A stretch of DNA of 64,000 nucleotides from Hydrolagus colliei (Eukaryota), in the NCBI GenBank assembly GCA_035084275.1, contig CM068742.1, positions 46,252,001 through 46,316,000 of the forward strand. Reading direction: 5' to 3'. The notes under the pieces are model-generated. The model ran no database searches. It had not been told where the DNA came from and was given only the letters and a program-made list of their open reading frames with translations. Shown piece after piece: positions 49,338-62,556 of the stretch (positions within the stretch are counted from its first letter, which is position 1; each line of letters begins with the position of its first letter). The position numbers and the translations under genes were made by a program.

Positions 49338-52300
49338 CCAGATGCACTAGTCGGCACAGCTAAACTGCACCCCAGGTGAGTTCACTTGCAGTATTGTGCT
49401 ACAAACGGTTATAGAAACTGTTGTGCTGTTCGATTGCATTCTTTCAAATATTGCATCTCCTTTCCATTTAATAGTCCTTGCATTTGATATTTACATTTAT
49501 TCTTTCAAGTTGATTTGTTTCCATCTTTTTTGCTCACATTTTCCTGTCGTTTGCTTTCTAATCTTTCATTTTTCCCCTTCTCTTTCTCTATGCTCTTTAC
49601 TTATATCCTCCCGATCTTTCTCATGTGATACAAAACAATGCATGTTACAGAGCTGCCAGGTGTCAGCACACATTGTTGGGTGGAATGTTGCCTAGTAATC
49701 TTATCACTTCTAGTGCAAAACAGTATCCACAGCTTCCAAATGTGTGATTGGTGTTTTTAAAGTTAAATGTCAATTTGCATCATCAAAGCTACAGTGACTC
49801 CTTGTTTCCGATGGAAAATTTGAATACTTCCATTCTCAGAATAATGTTAGTTTGATTTGAAACTGCAAACGAGGAATCAGGTATATTCCTGAAAAAGTAC
49901 AGTATCTGATGAAACAAATGGCCTGTTACATCAGTGACTGTGAAGCGACCATTTAACCAAGTACTCCAGTACTTTGAGATTACCTATTTATACCAAAATG
50001 CAGATCTTACTAACATATTGCATTTCTCATTGTTACAAATGCATTCCAGCAATGATTGCATGACTGCCAAAGTTCCCTTCATTCTCTGACATTCACAAGT
50101 ATGTTACAAAGACTTATTTGAAACAGTATAACTCAACCTTAGCAATGAGATTTATTTCACGAGTGTGAGAAAGAGAAACCTAGTAGAATTTTAAACTTGT
50201 CTTTAAATCAATTTTGAGCATAACCATCCCCCTCTCCACACACTACTGTTAATAATTGAGAGATAATACATGCACAGGAATTATTTTTCAATTTACTACA
50301 TAGAAAATATCAGTCATACAGTAAACTATTTAGTGATTCCCTTCCCAAAATGTACAATTTTCTTAAATATACATTGTACCTGGTACAGATAGCTGTCGTT
50401 TATCAGCTTACATAATCTTTTGAAAAGTTGAATTACACAGAGGTAATTATGATCAAAATATTTAAAATACTGTAGTTAGTGTAAGTATATCAACATTTAT
50501 TCCCATTATTAGATAAATACTCTCAATTGGTAAGGTACATTTTATTTTTGAGTCAAATTAGTACTTTGTGCCATATACCAATGCTGTCACATGTGTACCT
50601 CTGGGTGTGATTCTCATTTATTATGTCCTGTAACAAGACAGAACATGTACAACAGTCCAGTTGTTAGAATTCAAATTGCACTGGATCTCAATGCAAGAAC
50701 AATAGAAGTCGCCTGAAAAGTCGCCATTAATTATCTGTTTAGGGTCTGCGGCTATGGCAGATTCATGGAGAAAGACAGAGGCCAGTACAGGCAAGCTTAA
50801 ACAAGCCCCAGTCACCATTTTACAATGGTTTGTAAAGCTAAATGAAAAGTAAGCATATTTATGTAATATTTCTCATCCTCCTTTGGGGTAAAGTTAGCGG
50901 GTATATCTGATGCTAACATAGTTCTTTAGATAATCTGCTTGGCATTGTAATTTTGGAATACTGTAAACTCTCTGTGTCATTCTTGGGAACTTGATTCCCG
51001 ATCCAGACAGATCTGCAGTACTTCAGGGCACTGCTTACAAGAGATCAGCAAACCTGCCTCATTGGGGGTAGGGATTCTTCCTCGTTACCCTGCAGGCTGA
51101 AGCCTTGATGGGTAGGGTGGTCCTAACCAGGATAAGCAGCGGGAAGCTTGACAGACAATAGTATCAATGGCAACTCACTCTGGTGTCCCCAAGACTTGTC
51201 TCTTGACAACCTATGCTTTATACAGTAAACCCCTGTCTTACTGGATTCTGGCTATCCTGACTTCATACCTAACAGGAATGAGCCCCAAACTGAAATTTTT
51301 TTGTTTTAATTCCGCCAGTCTCTCTTTCCTATCCCTCCCTCCCTGAACTTGTTGGACTTCTATGATCAGAGATATCTACTATTACTCAGTTGGAATCCCA
51401 TGAGCAAAATATAGCTTATTCACTATCTTTTGCTTGCGGGATTCAAATAATCCTAGTTCTGCAGTTCACAACATATTTTGGCACCGTTTCTTTCAGTGCT
51501 GAAAAAAGCCAGTAAATACCGGTGAATTCCAGCTTGCTGGAGTGGACATCCCCTCCCCCCATTGGTCTGGCTCACCAAGGTTTTTACTCCGGAATTAGGA
51601 GAGCGAAGTGCGTTTTTCCAGGAGAGAATCCGCATGCCATTCCAAACTCAGGGAAATGTCCATATGATATACGTACTACGTCTGGTTTGCATATTTTATC
51701 ATGGTGATGGATTTCCAAATGTGTCAGATACATGGCTGACCAAAATAAATTATTTTTCTTCCTGTTTTCTAATAAAATCTAATTGTTCTGAATTTCTGAT
51801 CGTTCAATTTATTTGTTATATATTTTTTTAAATGATAGATCCAGCGGTTCTTTAAAGTTTCTGATGGGATTATGTACAATTGTGCAACTTTGTTTCAGAA
51901 TTCCACATTATTCTTGTTGCAGTTTTAAAATGTCTCTGTTACTAGTATCCATGTTGTGCCACACTGCAAGATTTCAGCACAGTTTTGATTATTTATAGAA
52001 ACCAGAGTTTCATAAATAATTAGTCTTTCTTGTTACTGGAAATATGTTGATTTCGCAGATTTGATTTACAGAATGTGTGAAAGCAGTTTTTTTTAACGAG
52101 TTAATCTTCATTATTACAATAACTCACGTCAACAGCTTGCCATGATTTTTAGACAAAATTACGGGATATCAATTAAACAAAAAATAACTTCTAGTCATTC
52201 TGGGTTTACGACCATATAAACAGCCCTCTGTTGAATGAATGCAGGGATCCTAGGTCAAAGGATTAATGGTGGTTCAGTACTGTTCTTTATACTGCAATTC

Positions 52301-53464
52301 AGCGTAAAATTTCTAACAAATCACTGAAAAAAATTCTGTTTAAATTGGGGTTGAGCAGTACCATCTGAAAGTGACTCACGCTGGAACATAGCTGTCGAGA
52401 CCACCTTAAGAAGGTGGTTTGAGCAGTCCAGTGAGTTGCATCACTGCAGTATAATTGCAGGCAGTGTGAATCAATTTGGGCTCTGCTTAGAAATGGTCCC
52501 TTAAAAGTAAAGTGCTTCCCAAGAAACTTAATGGGACAATGTTTTAATGACACAAAAGAAACGGTTGCATGACGTTTAATATCATTAAAACAAAGGAGGA
52601 TTGGGTCATAGTGTGTTGCGAGTTCTCCTCACTGTGAATGCTGCTTCCTGCTCTGAATCACATTGCTGCTGGAACCAATGCTGCATTACTTCCAGCTGAA
52701 TAAATGCAGGAGGCGAAGACACTTGGCTTAAATGAAAGTTATTGGTTACTGTATTTTATTTTAGTGCAAATTGGTGAGAGAAAGTTTTATCTACAGAAGA
52801 GTTAAATTGTGAACCAGTTACCTTTAATATAGTATTAGATCTACCATATAAATGGTATGCCTTTCATTAACATATGGTTTAAAATAAATGATTCACTTCT
52901 GGGAGCGGGCATCTATTATATAAGGCCATATAATACATTTACTGATGCTCTATGCATTGTAAAAAAGCATAGTATGCTTCAATTGGATAGCACAACTGAA
53001 TTCAGATAACATTGATAAAATATTTTTACCATTGCACTAAGAGATCACCCCATGTCCTTTGATGTACCATTGTCTTGCAATACACTGCAATCTTTGTGGT
53101 ATCCAATATGGAAATACTGTCTAACATAGCTCACTGATCTAGCTGAAATTCAGTTCAATAGTGCAACAGAAAAATATTTTCAGCGAATTTTTAAGTCCAA
53201 TGCCAGAAATTTCTCAGGAAAATGTAGAGAAGAATAATGTTCTGCTTATATCCCTGACAGTGGGCAAGGACTAATTTTGATTGGGGGTCAATTTGATAAA
53301 CAATCAGGGAATGAATTGTGTTTGACCTTAAAGCTGGCTAATTATGAAATGAGAAACACATGATTGATAGAAAATTGGCAGGATTGTATTTTGCAAGGTG
53401 ATTTTACTGCTGTTAAAAATAGAGTGTACAGTGGTCCTTACAATAAAACTCTAATAAATCTTGG

Positions 53465-53584
53465 CAGTGATTCTCCAGCCGTCAGTAAATTTACCGAACA
53501 TGCCAGAAAAACGCAGCCCACATCATTATAAACTTGTATCGTCAAAATCGGTAAAATTTACTGACCAACAGAGAACCTTCACTG
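53465..53584. mobile_element. MITE-like inverted-repeat element
   Basis: GTCAGTAAATTTACCGA 53481-53497 / TCGGTAAAATTTACTGAC 53548-53565, with outer imperfect arms CAGTGATTCTC / GAGAACCTTCACTG. Confidence 0.6.
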
Positions 53585-55089
53585 GGTCCCAAAAGTGCAG
53601 ATTTAATCAAAAAAAGGTTTTGACTTTTATAGAATCAATATAAATATTTTCAGGTTGTCAAAACTTTCCAATATAGCAATCATTTCAATAATGCGAGTTG
53701 GGTATTGTTAATGCAACTTTAATGCTTATAACAGTCCTACAAAAATTCAATCAATTTTTTTTACTATTTCACGAAAATACAACAAGTTGCTTATAAATGG
53801 AACGAAGGGAAGTTGAAATTGTGATTTTCACCTAACAGTGATGAAAGCCAAATCACAACTGTTGTACAGCTCAGAATTAATTTGAAATCTGTTGCTGATC
53901 AATCAGCATCTGAAAGAGAACTTCAGGCTAATGTTTGGGGTGTGTTCATTTCCACTATTTGGGGGATTTAGTTTTCAGATTTCTGTCTTTTGTGGTTTTC
54001 ATTTTTATTTCTAAAGCTTCATTATGCCTAACTTAAAATATGTGCCTATGAATGGGAGTCAAACTTACATTTACCAGTATTGCACTGGAACGAGTAGCAT
54101 CACCCTTCTCTATACTGTCCTGTGCCCTTTGCTATAATACTTTGGGCTTTCAATCCAAAAGATGTTGTAATACAGAAGGACAAATTCACTGAAGTACAGC
54201 TCTAAAATTTATTTTTGGCAGGCTTAAAATATATATCCTATGACTTTATAGTTCAAAGTGCTCATCTTTTTAAATAATTCCTATCTCAGAGATGAACAAA
54301 TGTAATAATTGGCTCCTCCATCTACGTCATGTGACAGACGTTTTATGCTGTCACTAGGATTTTTGCTGATACCATGCAGTCACGTTGTAATGCAGTGTGG
54401 TCATGTGACTAGTATATACTGACTAGCATCCAGTGATACAAAACCAGAGGCCACCACACACTGTTATTGTTGACCAGATATTATGTCATAGGCTATAATA
54501 CATAGAATAATATATTTTTGGAGTGAGCTATGAGCCTGTAATCAAATCTTGATGGCTTGAATGTCATAAACAATAAATGTGGAGTTTGATCGGTGATTTA
54601 TTAACATTTGAGATCAGATTGCTGCCTTGAACACACTCCTGAGTGTCTATTTCTGTCTTAATTTCTTTTTAAGATTTCATAATATCCACTACATCGATTT
54701 TTCAACATCATTGTGTGTCACAGTGCTATGCTGCTGACAAGAGGATGCCATGGCTTATGTGTTTACCATGGTTAAAATACCAGTAGCTCAGGAATGCTAG
54801 TTATTTGTCTGTTTTGGACAGGGATCTTGGAATAATAGATAATCGGACAAGACAAAACAACACCTAAAGTGATGCCCTTAAGCTGATCAGCTGAAAGAAA
54901 AATGTGGTAACTAAATTCTATCAAGTGCTGTTATATCTAAAGGATCTTCATTGAAATACTTAAGGTGGGGGGTGGAGGGGGGGGGGGGGCGATCCTTTGA
55001 TCGTGGCGAAGTTTTCTGACCTCAATTGAAAATCCTTAACTATAATACAGTACTAAGAAAATACCTTAAGGCGTTTTGTATCCGTTTGT

Positions 55090-55285
55090 CTACAAATTAC
55101 ACAAACACTTCACTTTACAGTATAGCCCGCAAAGTAGTTTGAGATGCTTCCCAATGTGAAAGATTCTGTATCACATTTAACAACAACAATGTCAGGAGGA
55201 CATCCCAAGGCGCTGGACAGTCACTGTGTCTGACCCGAGCAGGGGTGGTGGGGGGAGGGAAGGGAAGGGTAGGGGAGGATTAGGA
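55090..55285. mobile_element. SINE tail (+) joined tail-to-tail to L2 tail (-)
   Basis: TTCACTTTACAGTATA..TTTGAGATG..GTGAAAG, then (AAC)n..GGAGGACATCCCAAGGCGCTG and a G-rich UTR. Confidence 0.75.
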
Positions 55286-56415
55286 ACCGCAAAATTATTA
55301 GCAATTCCTATTTTTTAATTATTAGCATTATTATTAATAATAATCTTGAGATTAAGTGTGGGAAATAGTTCTTCAGGTGAACAATGTGGCACCCCTTATG
55401 GGGTTGCAGAAAGGAGAAAAGATGCGTGACTGACCCATTTGAAACTTGGAAAGAATACGAGAGAAAGTTTGGAGGAGTAATGGCCACAAGAAAATCAATA
55501 AAATAGAGACAGGAACGATTGTGACAATGAAAGAGACAGTGTCAGTTGGTGTGCCAGGAATCCTTCCTTCCTATTTTCGTCAGTAGTATTCCTTTTTACA
55601 TGAATGGAAAATCAGAATATCACTGGCAGATTACATCTTGCCATCCACAATGCAAAACAGCTCTAGGGGTAACTCTTCACTGCAAGTAATGGAACTGCTG
55701 ACCACCCAAGCACAAGAAAATCCAACTGTTAAACTCACAAAGGATTAACCAATCTAAATGATCCTAAAGCTATTGAAATATTCCGGTTACAAGAAATAGA
55801 AGCGTAAAATAATTATTTTGCACTTGAGGAAAAAATATTTGGGTTGCTTTATAGGGAAGTGAGGGAGGAAGATAGGATGAGTATTCTGGAAGGATGAGAT
55901 CCAGTGGGCTGAAAAGCATTATCATCTGAAACCTCTTTTTGTGAACTTTTGAAATCCTGCTTTTAATAGGCAATAAATTGGGATTGAAAATATGATATTC
56001 ACAAACCAGAAGTCCCTCAATAATTGTAGCTTTCTGCTTGTTGATGAATTTGTGTGATTCATTTTAATATTAGCAAAAAAAATTAAAAGGCCAAATCTTT
56101 AGCCAGAATATGATTCCAAAGACTAGCAAAGGGTCTTTTGTGGCTGGCGTTGTGTTTTCTGACTTTTCACCAGGCTCTTTGGGCCTTTTCACAGTTGATA
56201 AACAGCCTGAAAGAAAAATGTTGTCTCCACTTGTGATTTCAGATTTTTCGAGTGATTCCGAGTACCACATTTCCAATTCCATTCTGATCACAATAAGCAT
56301 TGCTTTAATTATCAGTCTATGTTAGACTAAAAGTCTTGAGCCAGCGGAGTTTGCCAACCCTAAAATAAAACCAACGTATGTTATATCAGTGTTTCGGATG
56401 CTGCTTGAGAATGAT

Positions 56416-56526
56416 GGGCAGGGCAGTGGGATTGAATCGCTCTTTTCAAAGAGCCGGCACAGACTAGATGGGCCGAATGGCCTCCTTTTGTGCCGTAAAA
56501 TTCTATGAATCTATGAATCTATGAAT
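56416..56526 (+). mobile_element. CR1 3' end with 8-bp terminal repeat
   Basis: GATGGGCCGAATGGCCTCCTTTTGTGCCGTAAAATTCTATGAATCTATGAATCTATGAA, a typical CR1 terminus. Confidence 0.85.
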
Positions 56527-56679
56527 TGTAAAAAGTGACACTAGTCGCAGCATAACTACCCGATTTTACAATTGGATTTACAGCTTTATAATTAATTAGC
56601 TTTAAATTTCAATAATTATTTCAACATGGCAGCAAAGAATCATACTGTACACAGAATCATCCATTTTTTTTTGCACAGT

Positions 56680-56810
56680 TTTAGGCCATTCAGCCCATTG
56701 TGCTGGTGTCAGCTCTCTAAAAAGAACCGTCTTTTTCGCCCACTTCTTTTCCTTTCCCAATAACCTTTTAGGCTTGTTCCTTTCAAATGTTTGCCTAATT
56801 CCCTTTTGAT
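56680..56810 (-). mobile_element. CR1 3' end, antisense
   Basis: AGGCCATTCAGCCCAT is the reverse of the CR1 tail motif. Confidence 0.7.
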
Positions 56811-57494
56811 CACTGGACCATCTTCTCGTTTCTAATGTTTAAACAGCAATAACTATCACATTCACCTGTTTTCACTGTTACAAATGCTACTGACAGGTAG
56901 AGAGCAGTGAGCAAATCACTTCATGTGCATTGTACAACCCCACATTTGCATGCACAGAACTCTGTCATTTTCCAGTCAAAAACATGAGGTAAAATAAACT
57001 CAAATCCTTTCTCATATTTACTAATAATAGCCTTCAACCCTTCAATGGGATTTCAGGTCTCTTTTTGAGCTGCTGGCTGGGAGGGGTTTCAGTCAGCCAT
57101 GTAACTGAAACATTTGGAAACACATCAAGAAGTTTAATATATTAGATCAAGTTGGCAAGAGCCAAAGCTTGAGGGTCCCAGAGTGTGGGAGTATTGCTGG
57201 AGTTCAACATGCTAAAATAACATAGCCTGTATTCCTACTCCTTATCTAGCTTGAGCAACCTGACTGTTAGGGTTGTGGCAAAGAGCAGAGTTAACAGAAG
57301 CTGAGTAAGAAGAATACTGCCCCAGTGTAAAGGATTGTGATGGTCCTCAAGTCCTGTGACAGGCTGGCAGGATTGACATCGGCAGTGCTGCTGCCCTGCT
57401 TGATTCAGAAACAGGACGACCAAAAGCACCACAGAGGAGTGACTCGATTCCTACTTCCATTGCTAAAAAGGTCACCTTGGAACCAACTCAACTT

Positions 57495-57545
57495 CAAGGA
57501 GACCCCGCCTACCTCTTCCCCATGAAGGTAAGCGGGGTCTCTTTG
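57495..57545. other. 20-bp GC-rich hairpin, 11-nt loop
   Basis: CAAGGAGACCCCGCCTACCT pairs with AGGTAAGCGGGGTCTCTTTG (one G:U, one mismatch). Confidence 0.85.
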
Positions 57546-58279
57546 GTATTTGCTCCTCTGCTTGGCATTCCAGCTTCTGGCACTTCTCTCCCCAACTTCA
57601 CTATCTGTAAACACACCTTTTGCGGCTCCCTTGCAGTGTTCAACATCCAGCACAATCCTGACTGAACCTCAACTTGTCATTCTGCGTGTGAGGTTCTACA
57701 TCTCAAGTTTGTGCTATGTCTTGAGTTGTGTTAATCCATTGATTCCATTAGGTGCTGCTCCATGGCAGATTTGATGTTGACTAATTTACTGCTTAGGTTT
57801 TTTTTAGTTTGAAGGGCTAATTCTGCAGTGTACCAGCAGTGGATTTGATTGCTATGTGCACAGTGACTTTCACAATGAATGCCCACTATTTGCACTGAAT
57901 GACGGAGGACATAAAAGACATACTATGCTGCAGCTATCTGTAAAGAGACTCAACATCGTAACCATTATTCTATATTTCATCATGACATGTATCGATATTG
58001 CCGAGAATTGTTGTTGACAAATCTTTTTAAGGTACAGTAGTCAATAAAACATCAACGGCATGCAAGGAAGCCAGAATCTCCTTTTTTGTTATTTCTCCAG
58101 TGGGGTTAATTTAACCGACATCGAAGCCGGCATTATTAACCTCATGTAAATAGGCCCACTGTGTGAGTCTGATATCCAAAACAATTCACTGGTGATGACT
58201 GTGAACTTTGAATTCACTCAATGTCAAAACCATCACAACAAGAGAGGAATGGGAAACATTAACATTATTTTATTTTCAC

Positions 58280-58390
58280 CCACAAAATATACAGTCAATT
58301 CTCTACAGGATATTCTGTGAAGCACTTTGAGACGTCTTGAAGACGTGATCAGGCGCTATATCAAATGAAAGGATTATTATTATTTTTTAT
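58280..58390 (+). mobile_element. DeuSINE-like SINE tail
   Basis: GAAGCACTTTGAGACGTCTTGAAGACGTGATCAGGCGCTATATCAAATGAAAGG(ATT)n. Confidence 0.8.
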
Positions 58391-60718
58391 TTTTGTACGT
58401 TTCTTCACCATTTCAACTATTTTCATCTTCCTTTGTGTTCTCTTGTGGCATTTTCAGGCTGGTGATTTGCTCTCAGCCTCCGCCTGTTTCACTGTTGAGC
58501 TGTATAATAGCAGGTATGTAACATTGGCAATGGCCTGACTGGGTGACTGGTGTTCCCAGCTTCCCTTTCTATGCTGGAATGCCTTGCATCAGCTTGACAC
58601 CTCCCACAAGCAGCACTGCATAAATCGAGAGTGGGGCATTAGAGGATGCAAATTCAATTTGCCACCATTTTAATGTGATGAATGAACCTATGTGAAATAA
58701 AAGGCTGGGATTAAACCTCGTAGCTGCATTTAAAAACATTGTTAACATCAATGTGTGTTATTTGAAATGCAGCCCCTGAAGAGTACCTTACCTCTTTAAA
58801 AAATCTGAGTATAGAAATCAGTAAAGGTTTAAAATTAGAAACAAAAAAAATCCCCTGCACATTTATACTGTTCTGCCTTTGTTTACAGATGGTGCTTTGA
58901 TTTCTTTCCCATTTCACAACATAGATTTTTTTTCCATCGTGTAGTTATGATAGGTAAAAATGCCTATTTGACGATGTCTCCTCTCAGAACTGGCTTCAAT
59001 ACACCTCATTGTTAGCATGTAACCAGATGCTAAACAAAATGCTTGATCTTTTCAGGAGAAAGCTTTTATTTTGTACAAAGATAAGGCGGGCCGGGCAAAT
59101 GATTGTTCCTTCCTTTCAGAAAAAATACAGTAAGAGCACCTGATGTAGGGATATCTTAATACAAACATCAAAACATGCCTAAATCTAAAGTTGGTTTCAT
59201 ATTTAACATCTTCAATTTAACATCGGACCATCTGAAATTCAATACCAGCACTGCTGACAAGTAAAATCCCCAACTGCTTGTATGCATTTACGTGAGGCTA
59301 ATTGTACGATTCAGTTAAACTTTATCTCCAGACACAGCCCTCTTGGCCAGTACTGATGAAATTGCTGTAATATACTACTACAAGCTCAATGAGCATTGTT
59401 CATAAGTTTAAATCTGTTATAAATTAACTTTACTATAGTTAATACAATTTATACAAATCAAGAGGAAACTGGAAAATCCATCATTTAGTCTAGTTTGCAG
59501 GGAAATTGGACATTAAATGATATTGATGACACGGCGAATAGTAGTAGCTTTATTGCCGGCAATATTGTTGGAACACAATGGTAGTTCTGTTGCATGTCTA
59601 TAATAGTGACAATATCCAGTCTCCTTGCTGATCGCTACGGACAGTACCTCTTTCATGTCCGACTATTCTGGTGTAAAACTGGGAACATTCATTCTGCAAG
59701 CTAACATTTATAAGCACATGAGAAAAAATGTTGCAATTCTGTTTTGTGTAGTCAGCATAGTCTTCCTAGTATATTTTGATTTGTTAGAAACAGAAATTTA
59801 AAACAGTTTTGGCTGGCTGGAAATAATTACTGTTTGGTACTCATTCATAATGTTTTCATTTGCAATGAGCAAGAAAAAAATCAATAACTCTTTGTGCAAC
59901 GATCACATTTCTATGTAAAGACAATGAGAGGGTAATTGAGATGACTGTCGGAATAATTTTTTTATGCCTTTGGAGTTTTCAAATATAGGAGGTAGCGTAA
60001 TGGATGTAATGTTAGAGGAAATGTCCCACCCATTTCTGACACATAATTCAGGATTAGAATGTAATTGTATCCTACCACCAGGCTGTCACTAGCTATAGTT
60101 GTTTCTCGTAGCTTTGCACTAGTGATGACAGGTAACTTGCTAGATCTGGCTATACAGGAAATTCAAAATGCTGCATTACCATGAATGCCAGTTTGACACA
60201 ATGCTAGAGCAACATAATCATGGAAGCTAAATCAAAAGTTGCTGATAAGTAAGAGTTCTGCTCAAATGTTGGGAGCAGCATTTACCATTTTAACGCTATA
60301 AATAATTTGCCCATAGTAGTGCAAGGTACATGAAAACAAACAAAACGATTTTCACCCACTGCAATTCTTGAGTACTGACAACCCATTGTGGCATTCTGTT
60401 GGAGTGCGGGTACGACTAATCCTGCTACTGTACTTTGGAAATATTTCTGAGAACACATTTAATATTGCAAAGCTAAATTATGGAAATACAAGACGTTGAC
60501 TCAACACTTTGGATCCTAAGCGAAATAGATGTTGGACCTACAACCTACAACGTGTTGAATACTCAGAACAATTATTGTAAAATCCACTTCACATTCTCTC
60601 AGGCATGGATTATAGGAGCAGAGTAAAGAAAAGGACAGGAAACCTGGAAAAGGGAGGGAAAAAAAGTTAAAATGGAAAAAGATGAAAGAAACACGAATGG
60701 CGATGGGGTAAAGAGGGA

Positions 60719-60787
60719 ATGGAGGGAGGGTTGATAGGGGGTCAGCAGGTCAGAGAGATAGGAGGGGGCAAGGCCACGAAAAGCCTT
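60719..60787 (-). mobile_element. old L2 copy, distal piece
   Basis: The minus strand reads KAFRGLAPSYLSDLLTPYQPS, continuing the frame interrupted at 61636. Confidence 0.85.
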
Positions 60788-61635
60788 GATCGGCTCAAGC
60801 CAGCGCCTCCGCACATCGGGCGCTGCCAGCCTCAACATCCAAGGCTGCACTCTCCACCTCACAAAGCCAATCAGGAACCTCGGCATCATGTTCGATCAAA
60901 AACTTTCCTTCCTCCCCCACATCCGTGCCTTGACCGGCACCGCTTATTTCCACCTGCGCAACATTGCCAGGCTCCACAACTATCTTACCCCCCGCGCTGC
61001 CGAAACACTCGTGCACGCATACATCACCTCGAGGCTGGACCACGGTAACTCTCTCCTCGTCGGCTTCCCCAGTTCCTCCATTCACAGGCTGCAGGTCATC
61101 CAAAACTCTGCAGCCCGTGTATTATCGCACACCCGCCTCCGCGACCATATAACTCCCACCCTCGCCCGTCTCCATTGGCTCCCCATTCTCCAGAGGATCG
61201 AGTTCAAGATCCTCGTCCTCACCTTCAAGGCCTTACATGGCCTTGCCCCGCCCTATTTAACCAATCTACTTTCCCCCTACAAGCCCACCCGGACCCTCCG
61301 TTCAACAGGACTTGGCCTGCTCCAAGCCCCCCGCCCGAACTGCCCCACCATCGGAGGCCGGGCCTTCTGTTTCTCCGCTCCCACCCTATGGAATACCATC
61401 CCCCAATCCCTCCGTCTCGATTCTTCCCTTTCCTCTTTCAAGGCCAGTTTGAAGACTTTCCTCTTCGATCGTGCCTTTTGTTCCACCCCGAATTTTTCAA
61501 CCTCCCCTTCGTGTTTCACCCCTTCCCAAACACTCCCCTCCCAGCTCGGGTCACACGCCTCCTGTGCAGCGCCTTGGGACGTCCTCCCGACGTGAAAGGC
61601 GCTCTATAAATGTAATTTGTTGTTGTTGTTGTTGT
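60788..61635 (+). mobile_element. young 5'-truncated L2-clade LINE (ORF2 C-terminus open)
   Basis: ORF 60786-61595: RNLGIMFD..SRLDHGNSLL..LQVIQNSAAR..HITPTLARLHWLP..RIEFKILVLTFKALHGLAPPYL..LKTFLF. 3' stem-loop GCGCCTT..AAGGCGC and (TGT)n tail. CpGs are retained. Confidence 0.95.
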
Positions 61636-62162
61636 TTAAAGTGAGGACGAGGATCTTGAATTCGGTCCTCTGAGAAATGGGGAGCCAGTGGAGCTGGACG
61701 AGGGTGTGGTGGTGGGATCACAGAACCTGAGAGGACATGGGAGAGGACACGAGCTATGGAGTTTTGAGTGATCTGCAGCTTGTGAAGGGAGTTGAGGAGT
61801 GCGAAGTGTTGAGGAGGCCGATAAAGAGGGAGTTGCCATAGTTGAGCCTTGAGGTGACAATCGCATGTGTGAGTGTTTCAGCAGCCTGAGGGCTGAGGCA
61901 GTGGAGGAGACAGGCGATGTTGCGGAGGTGGTGGAAAGCGATGCTGGTCATGACATGGATATGGGGGAGAAAGGACAGTTCAGGGTCAAACAAGACATCC
62001 AGGATCCTGACTGGCTTGGTTAGGTGGAGTGTGCATCTGTGGATACTGATGCTGCCAGTGCCAGAGTTGTGGAAATTTACTCCATGTCTGCAGATGATAC
62101 CACCAAGGGGGAGCATGTAGAGGTCGAAGAGGAGGGAACTGAGGACAGAGCCCTAAGGAAAC
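61636..62162 (-). mobile_element. old L2 copy, proximal piece (disrupted RT)
   Basis: Minus strand: P*GSVLSSLLFDLYMLPLGGIICRHGVNFH, then a deletion of the YADD region, then LFDPELSFLPHI..LRNIA..SRLNYGNSL and finally EFKILVLTF. Confidence 0.9.
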
Positions 62163-62556
62163 ATGGATACTATAAAACAGCAAAAAATAAAGATAAGGTG
62201 ATTAGGAAAAATACAGAATAAAGGAGAAAACAGGAAAACTAGGAATATAGTAATGTAGGAAATGGCGGACCAGGAAAAAGAAGGAAACTTACATGGGTGA
62301 TAATGAAAGAGACATGGAGGAAAAGGCTTAAAAATAACAAATAGGAAAAATATGCAGCAAAATAAGAGCAAAAAGGAATCAGAACACCCAGTGAGGTATA
62401 CATTGTAAACAAACGGAAAGGAGAAAAAGATAAGGGGAAACCAGGAAACAGGGGAAAACAGTGAGCTCAGGAAAATGGAAGAAAAATACAATGAAGAAAA
62501 CAGAAAACACTGGGAAAACTGGAGAGAAGACTATATCATAGGGATAAACAGGAATC

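Noticed and set aside
51220-51280. Tigger-like terminus TACAGTAAACCCC
   Set aside because: No matching opposite terminal repeat found.
60786-61595. Host protein-coding gene
   Set aside because: It is the C-terminal part of an L2 ORF2 lacking the RT core and an ATG start.
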